64,000 nucleotides of DNA from Bacilli bacterium (GTDB lineage Bacteria; Bacillota_I; Bacilli_A; RFN20; CAG-826). The DNA is taken from positions 14,750 to 78,749 of the forward strand of contig JBMSKF010000003.1 of assembly GCA_049419605.1 (NCBI GenBank). The letters are read 5' to 3'. Positions 39,029 through 47,615 of this stretch are shown one piece after another; within the stretch, counting starts at the first letter, position 1, and each line of letters starts with the position of its first letter. The notes under the pieces are model-generated. The model made no database searches. It saw only the letters and a program-made list of their open reading frames with translations, and was not told the DNA's origin. The position numbers were made by a program, and so were the translations under genes.

Positions 39029-39205
39029 GTGGAAGAACTAACCCTAGAAGAAATTACCACCCTTAAAGGTGGAGAGCCAGTTTCATTAGCCGCGGTGATG
39101 GCAATTATGATTGTTGCGATTTCTGCAGTCATTGTTTATCGAATTTTTATGTCATCAAGTGGTAAAGCGACGATTCCTGGTGGATTCCAGTTTGAGTGGA
39201 AATAA
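39029..39205 (+). CDS. 58-aa peptide with double-glycine-type leader and one hydrophobic helix (not in ORF track)
   Basis: Hand translation from GTG 39029, which lies 7 nt after AGGAGG 39016..39021: (M)EELTLEEITTLKGG-EPVSLAAVMAIMIVAISAVIVYRIFMSSSGKATIPGGFQFEWK*. The frame opens only at 39011, so GTG is the first possible start. Confidence 0.6.
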   Translation: MEELTLEEITTLKGGEPVSLAAVMAIMIVAISAVIVYRIFMSSSGKATIPGGFQFEWK

Positions 39206-39875
39206 ACGCATTGCTGATCTAGCTCCTCTTGAACGACCTAGAGAAAAGGCTTTTGCTTATGGCGTCAAACAATTATCTAGTCAAGAACTCATAGCCTTAA
39301 TGGTGGGTTCAGGCGTAAAGGGGCATTCTGCACTTTCAATTGCAGAAATGCTCATCAACAAATACGGAAGTCTAGTGGCATTGATGAAAATTCCCCTTCA
39401 TGAGTGGTTGAATATTCCTGGTATTCAAAAGACGAAAGCGATTCAGTTATTGGGCATGTTTGAGCTTTTTCAACGTTTAGAAAGACAAGAACTTCCTCAA
39501 ATCAAATTAAACGATCCTCATAAAGTTTATCAATGTTATCGCTTGCGATTGGGTAGCTTATTACATGAGCAATTAATCATTGTAAAATTAAATCATCAAT
39601 TCCAATATCAAAGTGAAACGTTATTTCGCTTAGGATCGCAAGCATCGTTGCAACTAGATTATCGTGCTTTATTTGTTGATTTATTAAAAACTGACACGAA
39701 AAAGTTCTTGTTAATCCATAACCACCCTTCTGGTGATGTGACACCATCCCAAGAGGATATTCAAACGACTATCGAAATCTATCGAGAAGGTCAAAAGTTA
39801 GGTTTTAAACTTATCGATCATTTAATTATTTCATTTCAAGGTTATTTTTCGATGAAACAAGAAAAAATCATATGA
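39192..39875 (+). CDS. radC: RadC-family JAB/MPN domain protein
   Basis: N-terminus ...RIADLAPLERPREKAFAYGVKQLSSQELIALMVGSG (HhH) and JAB motif HNHPSGD. Likely start is TTG 39192 (about 227 aa) or GTG 39180. The track's ATG 39111 adds 27 non-RadC-like residues and lies inside the sORF. Confidence 0.8.
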   Translation: MSGNKRIADLAPLERPREKAFAYGVKQLSSQELIALMVGSGVKGHSALSIAEMLINKYGSLVALMKIPLHEWLNIPGIQKTKAIQLLGMFELFQRLERQELPQIKLNDPHKVYQCYRLRLGSLLHEQLIIVKLNHQFQYQSETLFRLGSQASLQLDYRALFVDLLKTDTKKFLLIHNHPSGDVTPSQEDIQTTIEIYREGQKLGFKLIDHLIISFQGYFSMKQEKII

Positions 39876-39882
39876 TTATTCG

Positions 39883-39911
39883 TTGACGATAAAAGATGAT
39901 TATGCTATATT
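39883..39911 (+). promoter_or_regulatory. promoter of the rplU-prp-rpmA operon
   Basis: TTGACG (39883..39888), 17-nt spacer, TGcTATATT (-10 at 39906..39911). Confidence 0.65.
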
Positions 39912-39917
39912 ACTAAC

Positions 39918-40005
39918 GTTGTCGCCTCACGAGCTACAACCGCCTCTCAAGGTATTTAACGCATCGCAAGATGGACCGTCAGAGCGAGTCTGAGTGAAAA
40001 GGAGG
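39918..40005 (+). promoter_or_regulatory. structured 5' UTR, probably the L21-leader type autoregulatory element
   Basis: About 90-nt leader with hairpins GTTGT...ACAAC, CATC-GCAA-GATG (GNRA loop) and TCAGA-gcgag-TCTGA, before SD AAGGAGG. Same position as the Firmicute L21 leader. I did not check it against a covariance model. Confidence 0.45.
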
Positions 40006-40010
40006 TTTTT

Positions 40011-40319
40011 ATGTACGCAATCATCATCACTGGTGGTAAGCAACTTCGCGTTGAAGTTGGTCAAAAGATTTTCGTTGAGAAACTTACTGCAGAACCAGGG
40101 GCTAAGGTCACGTTTGATCAAGTGCTTTTGGTCGCTGATAAAACCGTAAAAGTTGGTAACCCAACGATTAAAGGGGCTTCAGTGACAGCGAAAGTTGAAA
40201 AGCAAGGTTTAAGTAAAAAATTAACCGTTTTCACTTATAAATCAAAGCACAACATTCGTCGAACACTTGGCCATCGCCAACCCTATACTAGTTTAGTGAT
40301 CGAATCTATCAACGGATAA
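40011..40319 (+). CDS. rplU: 50S ribosomal protein L21
   Basis: 102 aa. [18 protein letters not shown]. Confidence 0.96.
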   Translation: MYAIIITGGKQLRVEVGQKIFVEKLTAEPGAKVTFDQVLLVADKTVKVGNPTIKGASVTAKVEKQGLSKKLTVFTYKSKHNIRRTLGHRQPYTSLVIESING

Positions 40320-40324
40320 CTTCC

Positions 40325-40639
40325 ATGATTCAAGTCTCCATCATCCGAAGTAAACAATTCTATCGAATGATGAAAGTGACAGGTCATGCGAATAGCGCAC
40401 CATACGGAGAAGATCTTGTATGCGCAGCGGTATCCGCGATTATGACAGGTGGGATCAATGCCTTAGACCTTAAGGCAGCCAAGGTTAAAAATATTGAAGG
40501 TTTGAGTGAAATACAAATCACCAATACTCAATATGAAAAAAATCAATCTGTTCTCCAAGTTATGTTCATTCAATTACAAACGATTGCCAATGAATATCCA
40601 ACATACATTCGCATTCAATCCAAGGAGGAAATCGTATGA
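40325..40639 (+). CDS. prp: ribosomal-processing cysteine protease Prp (YsxB)
   Basis: 104 aa. [21 protein letters not shown] (His/Cys dyad). Lies between rplU and rpmA. Confidence 0.9.
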   Translation: MIQVSIIRSKQFYRMMKVTGHANSAPYGEDLVCAAVSAIMTGGINALDLKAAKVKNIEGLSEIQITNTQYEKNQSVLQVMFIQLQTIANEYPTYIRIQSKEEIV

Positions 40640-40929
40640 ACTTATTTAAATTAAATCTTCAACAATTCGCATCTAAAAAGGGTGTGGGTTCAACCACGAA
40701 CGGCCGTGATTCAGCAGGTCGCCGATTAGGTGCCAAAGCTGCAGATGGTCAAACCGTCACAGCTGGTAGCGTCATTTATCGTCAACGTGGAACAAGAATT
40801 TATCCAGGAATCAACACCAAAAAAGGTGGAGATGACACAATTTTTGCGACGAAAAATGGTGTGGTTAAATACCAACGTTGGGGAAAAGACCGAACCAAAG
40901 TAAGCGTCTTAGAATCAACAGCAAAGTAA
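40636..40929 (+). CDS. rpmA: 50S ribosomal protein L27 with Prp-cleavable N-terminal extension
   Basis: 97 aa. [30 protein letters not shown] overlap with prp. Confidence 0.96.
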   Translation: MNLFKLNLQQFASKKGVGSTTNGRDSAGRRLGAKAADGQTVTAGSVIYRQRGTRIYPGINTKKGGDDTIFATKNGVVKYQRWGKDRTKVSVLESTAK

Positions 40930-40935
40930 CGAATC

Positions 40936-40959
40936 AGACCACGTTCAGTGGTCTTTTTT
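40936..40959 (+). terminator. rho-independent terminator after rpmA
   Basis: AGACCAC-gttca-GTGGTCT followed by TTTTT. Confidence 0.8.
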
Positions 40960-40973
40960 GTTATAATTAACCT

Positions 40974-41918
40974 ATGAAATTAATTTCAATAGTTGTACCC
41001 ATGTACAATGAGGAAAAAGTAGTTCCTTTATTTTTTGCTGAAATCAACAAGATTGTTAAACAAATTCATCAATACCAATTTGAAATCGTTGTCGTCAATG
41101 ATGGATCTAAGGACCAAACTCTTAATTTATTAAAGGCCCAACAACGTTTACAAAACAATCTAATCATTGTGAATTTGTCTAGAAATTTTGGCCATGAACC
41201 TGCCGTTGCGGCTGGCATTAAGACTGCCAAAGGTGATGCAATTATTCCGATGGATGCTGACTTACAAGATCCACCAGCTTTAATTCAATCTTTACTTTCG
41301 AAATTTGAAGAAGGTTTTGAGGTTGTCAACGCCAAAAGAAAAGGGCGCCATGAAGATACTTTTTTCAAGCGTTTCTCTGCGATTAAATTTTACCAATTCG
41401 TTGCCAAACTCTCTGGAAAAATAAAAATTCCACAAAATGTCGGTCACTTTAGATTAATTTCAAGAAGAGTTGCTGATGAAGTGAATCGTTTATCTGAGCG
41501 CAATCGCGTCTTTCGAATCGAGGTACCTTTCGTTGGATTTAAAACAACTGAAGTCTTATTTGATCGTCCAAAACGGGCTGCAGGGGAAACGCATTACAAT
41601 TTAAAAAGCATGCTCAAATTAGCCGTGGATGCCATCGCATCTACTACAAGTGTTCCGCTAGTATGGCCGATTCAAATTTTCATTGGTGTTGGTGTGACTT
41701 TAGGCTTAAGCGTTTTTCTTCAAATCGTTCTTTATTTTTCGATTGTAATAAGTGAAAATATTATGCTAACTTGGATACTTGGAAACGTCATCCTTTTCAT
41801 GTTTACCTTATTGTTTTTTGTTTTATCGATTCTTTCCCTTTATTTATCTCGAATCTTTATCGAAACACAAAATCGCCCATTTTATATCATTGATGAAGTG
41901 ATCAGTGGTCGTGATTAA
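40974..41918 (+). CDS. family 2 glycosyltransferase, polyprenol-phosphate sugar transferase type (GtrB/CsbB-like)
   Basis: 314 aa. SIVVPMYNEE, DADLQDPP, and two C-terminal TM helices. Confidence 0.8.
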   Translation: MKLISIVVPMYNEEKVVPLFFAEINKIVKQIHQYQFEIVVVNDGSKDQTLNLLKAQQRLQNNLIIVNLSRNFGHEPAVAAGIKTAKGDAIIPMDADLQDPPALIQSLLSKFEEGFEVVNAKRKGRHEDTFFKRFSAIKFYQFVAKLSGKIKIPQNVGHFRLISRRVADEVNRLSERNRVFRIEVPFVGFKTTEVLFDRPKRAAGETHYNLKSMLKLAVDAIASTTSVPLVWPIQIFIGVGVTLGLSVFLQIVLYFSIVISENIMLTWILGNVILFMFTLLFFVLSILSLYLSRIFIETQNRPFYIIDEVISGRD

Positions 41919-41920
41919 AT

Positions 41921-43189
41921 ATGTTTATTGATCGGGCGCAAATTTCTGTAAAAGCAGGAAAAGGTGGCGATGGTGCCATTTCTTTTTTAAGGCTTAAATT
42001 TATGGAATATGGCGGTCCTGATGGTGGTGGCGGTGGTCGAGGCGCATCGATATATTTTCAAGCTTCTCGTTCTGAAACTACTCTCTATAAATTTAGATAT
42101 CAAAGAAAAATTATTGCTTTAGATGGTGATGATGGTCAATCAACAGATCGTTATGGAAAATCTGCTGAGGATTTAGTAATCCTAGTTCCGATTGGAACGG
42201 TTGTTTATGATGATGAAACCCAACAAATTATCGCCGATTTATCTGAAGATGGTGAAAAAGCCCTTATTGTTAAAGGTGGTCGAGGTGGTCGAGGAAACGC
42301 CACTTTTAAATCTAGTGTGAATCGCGCTCCTCGAATTGCAGAAAAAGGTGCCCCCGGTGAAGCTAGAAAAATCACTATCGAATTAAAATTACTCGCAGAT
42401 GTTGGTATCGTAGGTTTTCCTTCAGTAGGTAAAAGCTCTTTATTAAGTGTTGTTTCTAATGCGAAACCTGAAATTGCAGATTATGAATTTACTACATTAG
42501 TTCCACAATTAGGAGTGGTTCAAAGACCGGAAAAACCTCCCTTTACGATTGCAGATTTACCAGGACTCATTGAAGATGCCCATAAGGGAAAAGGATTAGG
42601 GTTAAATTTTTTAAGACATATCGAACGTTGCCGAGTCATTCTTCATGTTGTTGATATGGCTTCGCATCGTGATCCAGTCTATGCCTATCAAAGTATCTTA
42701 AAAGAATTACAAGCTTATGCTGAGGATTTATTGGATAAACCCACTCTCATTGTCGCATCCAAAATGGATGAACCTTCTGCAGAAGAAAATTTAAAAAAAC
42801 TTAAAACGTTCTTGAAACGAAAAAAAATCTATCCTATTAGTGTCCTTTCTAATGAAGGTATTCCGGAATTATTGGACGCGATTGAAATTGAATTAAGTAA
42901 ACATCCTGTCACGAAGAAAAAAGTACAAGAATCTACCGAAGAAAAAATTTATACCTATCAAACTCCATCCAAGTTTAAAATTACAAAGCGTAGTCCGCAT
43001 GTTTTTGTAATTCAAGGTGAAGAAGTGGAAACAACCTATCAGAAATTCAATTTATCAACAGATCAAGGGATTATGAGTCTGCTGCAATATCTGCGTAAAA
43101 TTAAGGTTGAAGATGCCTTGGAGACCATGGGCATTCAAGAGGGAGATACGGTAGTCATTGGAGAATTTGAATTTACTTATTACGCATAA
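41921..43189 (+). CDS. obg: GTPase Obg/CgtA
   Basis: 422 aa. Gly-rich Obg fold, GFPSVGKSS, and C-terminal OCT domain. Confidence 0.95.
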   Translation: MFIDRAQISVKAGKGGDGAISFLRLKFMEYGGPDGGGGGRGASIYFQASRSETTLYKFRYQRKIIALDGDDGQSTDRYGKSAEDLVILVPIGTVVYDDETQQIIADLSEDGEKALIVKGGRGGRGNATFKSSVNRAPRIAEKGAPGEARKITIELKLLADVGIVGFPSVGKSSLLSVVSNAKPEIADYEFTTLVPQLGVVQRPEKPPFTIADLPGLIEDAHKGKGLGLNFLRHIERCRVILHVVDMASHRDPVYAYQSILKELQAYAEDLLDKPTLIVASKMDEPSAEENLKKLKTFLKRKKIYPISVLSNEGIPELLDAIEIELSKHPVTKKKVQESTEEKIYTYQTPSKFKITKRSPHVFVIQGEEVETTYQKFNLSTDQGIMSLLQYLRKIKVEDALETMGIQEGDTVVIGEFEFTYYA

Positions 43190-43213
43190 TTAAAAGCGAT
43201 ATATAATAAGATT

Positions 43214-43318
43214 ATGCGAAAAGAGCTATCGACGTTACTCGTGTTAGTGTCTACTGTGATTACAATTTTTGTACTATTAATCTTGTTTTTTTTAGGAGTT
43301 GTTCAACTTAATATATGA
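43214..43318 (+). CDS. 34-aa hydrophobic small ORF overlapping the ruvA start
   Basis: [34 protein letters not shown]. The stop forms ATGA with the ruvA ATG. TATAAT 43202..43207 lies 6 nt upstream of its ATG. Coding status unproven. Confidence 0.4.
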   Translation: MRKELSTLLVLVSTVITIFVLLILFFLGVVQLNI

Positions 43319-43881
43319 TTTATTCATTAACTGGACTTGTCGTAAAATTACAATCTGACCACTTGGTTATTGAAGTCCAAGGGGTTGGTTATTTTGTCTA
43401 TATTACCAAGCCAGAATCTTTCCAATTAAATGAGATCAATCATGTTTACACCTATCATGTCATCCGTGAAGGTGATCAATTTTTAGTTGGGTTTGCCAAA
43501 CTGCTAGAAAAAAGAATTTTTGAACAATTACTCTCGGTGAAAGGCATTGGACCTAAGACGGCCATAGGCGCATTATCAGGAGCAACACCAGATCAAATTA
43601 TTCAGGCAATCAATGAAGGAAACGTTGCCTTTTTAAAATCATTACCTAGTATTGGCCCTAAAGCCGCAAGCCAAATTATTCTCGATTTAAAAGGAAAAAT
43701 TACTTTTGATGCTCCTAAATCTTCCCCAAAAGAAGATAGTCGATTAAGTGAGGTGCGAGATGCCCTTAAATCACTCGGATTTAAAACAAATGAAATTGAT
43801 CGCGCATTGAAAGACATGGTTGTTGATCAAGCGAATGCAGAAGAACTCATCAAACTTGCATTAAAACGTTTGGGTAAATAA
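43315..43881 (+). CDS. ruvA: Holliday junction helicase subunit RuvA
   Basis: 188 aa. HhH motifs VKGIGPKTA and LPSIGPKAA. Confidence 0.93.
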   Translation: MIYSLTGLVVKLQSDHLVIEVQGVGYFVYITKPESFQLNEINHVYTYHVIREGDQFLVGFAKLLEKRIFEQLLSVKGIGPKTAIGALSGATPDQIIQAINEGNVAFLKSLPSIGPKAASQIILDLKGKITFDAPKSSPKEDSRLSEVRDALKSLGFKTNEIDRALKDMVVDQANAEELIKLALKRLGK

Positions 43882-43883
43882 TC

Positions 43884-44888
43884 ATGGCAAGAATTGTCGA
43901 TGCAAAAAAACAACAAGAAGAATTGAACGAAGAATTATCACTTCGGCCTCAGCTTTTAAAAGAATATATCGGTCAACGGCAATTACTCGATAATTTAAAG
44001 GTTTTTATTGGGGCAGCAAAACACCGGCAAGAAACGCTAGACCATTTGCTTTTGTATGGGCCACCTGGTCTAGGTAAAACTACACTTGCTCACATCATTG
44101 CGAATGAAATGAAAAGTCAAATCAAAACCGTGACAGGACCAAGCATTGAAAGAACTGGAGATTTAGCAGCTGTCTTAACGTCTCTAGAACCAGGGGATAT
44201 CTTATTTATTGATGAAATCCACCGCCTTCCCGCTATTGTTGAAGAAGTTCTTTATGGCGCGATGGAAGATTTTCATGTTTCGGTATTAGTCAACCGGGAA
44301 GGCAGTAGTCGGACGATTAATTTAGCATTACCTCCCTTTACATTAATAGGGGCGACGACGAGAGCAGGTGATTTATCTTCGCCGCTTCGTGGTCGATTTG
44401 GCATTACTGAAAAACTTAATTTTTATAGCCAAGAGGAAATTGAAGCGATCATCAAACGCACTGGTAAAGTTTTACATACCCCAATCGATGATCAAGCGGT
44501 AACAGAATTAGGAAAACGTTCAAGAGGGACCCCCCGTATCGCGAATCGTTTATTTAGAAGAATTCGTGATTTTGCACACTTTGAAAAACAAGATTCAATC
44601 CACCTTGCGTTGACGCAAAAAGCCCTTCAGGCACTAAAGGTTGATCCTTTAGGTTTAGATGATGTTGATATTCGCTATTTGTTAGGAATTATTGACCGTT
44701 TCAAAGGCGGCCCCGTAGGTTTAGAAGCGTTAGCTTCTGCTATCGGCGAAGAAATCATGAACCTAGAAGATGTTTATGAACCATACCTCTTGCAAATTGG
44801 CCTCATTAATCGAACTCCAAGAGGAAGGGTTGCCACTGAAAAAGCCTATCACCATCTTAAACGTCCATTTCAAGGATTATTATTTTAA
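43884..44888 (+). CDS. ruvB: Holliday junction helicase RuvB
   Basis: 334 aa. Walker [26 protein letters not shown]. Confidence 0.96.
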   Translation: MARIVDAKKQQEELNEELSLRPQLLKEYIGQRQLLDNLKVFIGAAKHRQETLDHLLLYGPPGLGKTTLAHIIANEMKSQIKTVTGPSIERTGDLAAVLTSLEPGDILFIDEIHRLPAIVEEVLYGAMEDFHVSVLVNREGSSRTINLALPPFTLIGATTRAGDLSSPLRGRFGITEKLNFYSQEEIEAIIKRTGKVLHTPIDDQAVTELGKRSRGTPRIANRLFRRIRDFAHFEKQDSIHLALTQKALQALKVDPLGLDDVDIRYLLGIIDRFKGGPVGLEALASAIGEEIMNLEDVYEPYLLQIGLINRTPRGRVATEKAYHHLKRPFQGLLF

Positions 44889-44991
44889 AATCGCAAGATT
44901 TTTCTACTATTTTTCGTTGAATTTAAACCTAAAACATAGTAAAGTGTTATAGCGACATTTGTCGTTGATTAGACCTTTCGGAGGATCAAAC

Positions 44992-47550
44992 ATGCGAAGA
45001 ATTTGGAGCTATCTTATTTTATCTTTCACTACGCTGATTTTAATTGCGGTAAATTTCCTTACCGTTGTCGGCGGATTGAATACAAACTTGGAATTTACAT
45101 CAGGTAAAGAAATGGTGTTTAGAATTTCCGATAAACTTAACGAGGATGCAGTTTTTGATAACAATGAGGCCGTCACATCCATCGCCAATTCGATGATTGA
45201 TCGTCTTGAAAATGCCTTGGTAACGAAGTATGAAGTTTTTGTAGAAGGAAACGATCAAATTCGAGTCACGGTGTCCGAAACTTCCGAAACAAAATATACT
45301 CGTCTACAAAATTATTTAGGATTTGATGCTGAATTCACGTTATGCACGACAACTGAAGTTTGTGCAACCAGTGAACAAATGTTTACCGGTCAAACTGCTC
45401 GTATTGAATATAAAGGTCAAAATCCATTTGTCGTTTTTTCTGTTGAGGATTTAACCTACTTAAAAGAAGTATTGATTACCGAAGCGGGCGGTGAAGAATC
45501 GACCGATGGTGAACTCTTACTTTGGGCAGGAAAACTTGAAGAAGATTCCTACTCTGAGTCCTTAAACAATCCAGAAATCGCCAAAAAAATATTATTACGT
45601 TTCTCTGTTAATAATTTATGGTGGGATAGCGAAGCGAAGACTGAACTTGCATATTTAGTTTCCCCTTCACAATTTGGTCAACCAAATGAAAATAATATTT
45701 TTGCCTCTACTGTGGTGGCGCAAGCAAATGAAGAAGCCATTTACTATCGTAATTTATTCAATGCTGGTGATTTAGCTTATTCGGTGGAATTCCTTTATGC
45801 CCAAAATGTTCCGGCTGCCATTGAAGCATTGCTTTCATTGGAAACCATTCTTTCACTCGCTAATAGTCAAACCTTATGGGCGATGCTTATCGCGATATCC
45901 ATGATGGTGTTAGTTTTAGCCATTGTTTATCGCCTCGCAGTCTTAGGAATCCTCACTTCGACTTCACTTTCAATTTTTGCTACATTATTTGCTTTTATTT
46001 CCTTAAATTTGGAATTTTCAAGTGGTGCATTAATCGGATTCCTTATGGTAGGAGTCTTAGGTCTTTTTACCTCGATTCTTTATCTCACCTATGCTAGAAG
46101 AGAAATTTATCAAGGTAGAAGTTTGAAAAAAGCTCATACTGAAGCGAATAATCAATTATTACCTTTGATGATTGATGTAACAGTTGTGGGATTGATCTTT
46201 GGCCTATTCATTTATTTATTGGGTGGAAACCTTGCTCAAAGTCTTTCTGTCATTTTAATGATTGGTTCTTTAAGCAATCTCCTCATTGTTTTCCTTGGTA
46301 ATCAATTGGTGTTTGGTCAGTTATTACAGGCCACGATTTTAACCAAAAAATTAACCTGGTTAAATTTAAAGGCTTCCTTAATTCCAGACTTATTGAAAAA
46401 TGAAAAACCTGTTTATGTTGGTCGATTTGCCACTCGAGATTTTGCTTCTAAAGGTTCATTACTTTCCCCAATCGCGATGGTAGGTGGACTCGTCACGTTG
46501 ATTGCAATGGTCACTTTATCAACCTTAAATATACCCGTTATTGCATCACCAACGGAAACGAGCAATGCTCGCCTTTATTTAGAAGCGAAAGAATTCTCTC
46601 AATTTGAATCCACTGTTGATATTCAAATTCTCATTGAAGATCTTTCAATCAATGGGGAAGCTATTACTTTAAGTGACCCTATCATTCAAATTCACGAATT
46701 AACCCGTCGTGAGGATGACATTGCAGTGTTATATCGAATTTTCGTTGCAGAGCTTGCGATAGAAACCTTAGAAAATGTTACGTTTACATTTGATAATGGC
46801 GTTGATCCTGTTCTTGAAAATGAAAATTTTAATGATTTACTAGAAGAAGTTGTCACCTTGGTTTATGGTGATGATCAAGTTACCGTCGTTGGATTTTATC
46901 CTAATGAAACCTTAACCAACCAACCAACCGTCATGGACATGACGATAGGTGTATTGCTTGCTCTTAGCTTAGTTACCTTGTATTTACTCATTCGTTATGG
47001 CATTGCAAAAGCATTGACCACAACCTTCGTCAGTGCAGCCTTAGGTTTGTTAACGTTGGGGTTATTTGTTGCGATGCGAATTGCCTCATTATCCATCATC
47101 ACCTTTAGTTTGATCGTGATTGCTTATCTATCTATGATTACCATCATGGCTATTTTTACTCGGGCTAAACAAATTCAAGGTAATCCAACCGATGAATCTT
47201 CCACACTGGATGATTTTACGTTGTCTTTAAAGAAAGCATCCAGTCAGTTAGCAGCGACGATTTTCTTAACTTCACTCGCGATCATTTATCCTGGTCTCAC
47301 TTATTTCGCCTTAGGCCCTGGTGCCTTACAAGGTTTATTTGCAGCCCTCCTTCTTGGTGGTGCTATCTTTGCTTTATTTTCTACGGCAATTATTCCTGCA
47401 GTTTTTAAACCGATTTATCGATTATCTAAAGGTTTCAATCAAACGCTTAGTTTAGAATGGTTACCAAAGCGTAAACAAAAATTGAAAGCAGAAGAGCCAA
47501 CCCGAAGTTCAGAACCTCAAGAAGCAACTTACATTGGTATTAACGACTAA
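44992..47550 (+). CDS. secDF: SecDF-like RND-topology membrane protein (divergent)
   Basis: About 852 aa. Two repeats, each with TM1, a large ectodomain and a 5-TM bundle. Lies between ruvB and relA as secDF does in Bacillus. Start trimmed to ATG 44992 (SD GGAGGA). Called on topology and synteny, not on motifs. Confidence 0.5.
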   Translation: MRRIWSYLILSFTTLILIAVNFLTVVGGLNTNLEFTSGKEMVFRISDKLNEDAVFDNNEAVTSIANSMIDRLENALVTKYEVFVEGNDQIRVTVSETSETKYTRLQNYLGFDAEFTLCTTTEVCATSEQMFTGQTARIEYKGQNPFVVFSVEDLTYLKEVLITEAGGEESTDGELLLWAGKLEEDSYSESLNNPEIAKKILLRFSVNNLWWDSEAKTELAYLVSPSQFGQPNENNIFASTVVAQANEEAIYYRNLFNAGDLAYSVEFLYAQNVPAAIEALLSLETILSLANSQTLWAMLIAISMMVLVLAIVYRLAVLGILTSTSLSIFATLFAFISLNLEFSSGALIGFLMVGVLGLFTSILYLTYARREIYQGRSLKKAHTEANNQLLPLMIDVTVVGLIFGLFIYLLGGNLAQSLSVILMIGSLSNLLIVFLGNQLVFGQLLQATILTKKLTWLNLKASLIPDLLKNEKPVYVGRFATRDFASKGSLLSPIAMVGGLVTLIAMVTLSTLNIPVIASPTETSNARLYLEAKEFSQFESTVDIQILIEDLSINGEAITLSDPIIQIHELTRREDDIAVLYRIFVAELAIETLENVTFTFDNGVDPVLENENFNDLLEEVVTLVYGDDQVTVVGFYPNETLTNQPTVMDMTIGVLLALSLVTLYLLIRYGIAKALTTTFVSAALGLLTLGLFVAMRIASLSIITFSLIVIAYLSMITIMAIFTRAKQIQGNPTDESSTLDDFTLSLKKASSQLAATIFLTSLAIIYPGLTYFALGPGALQGLFAALLLGGAIFALFSTAIIPAVFKPIYRLSKGFNQTLSLEWLPKRKQKLKAEEPTRSSEPQEATYIGIND

Positions 47551-47561
47551 TCCATGAACAC

Positions 47562-47590
47562 AAAAAACCCTATGAACCATAGGGTTTTTT
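47562..47590 (+). terminator. rho-independent terminator after the secDF-like gene
   Basis: AAAAAACCCTATG-aac-CATAGGGTTTTTT. Confidence 0.85.
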
Positions 47591-47615
47591 AATGAATTTG
47601 ATATAATACTTTAGG

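Noticed and set aside
39111-39191. Upstream ATG extension of radC (254-aa version in the ORF track)
   Set aside because: The added 27 residues (MLRFLQSLFIEFLCHQVVKRRFLVDSS) do not resemble RadC N-termini. The ATG has no SD, and the segment lies out of frame inside the SD-preceded 58-aa ORF. I prefer a start at TTG 39192 or GTG 39180.
39192-39875. RadC as a marker of a mobile or anti-phage island
   Set aside because: The neighbours are valS and the rplU operon. There are no integrases, restriction or toxin genes, and the position is roughly as in Bacillus (valS ... radC). Only the upstream sORF is unusual, and it is reported separately.
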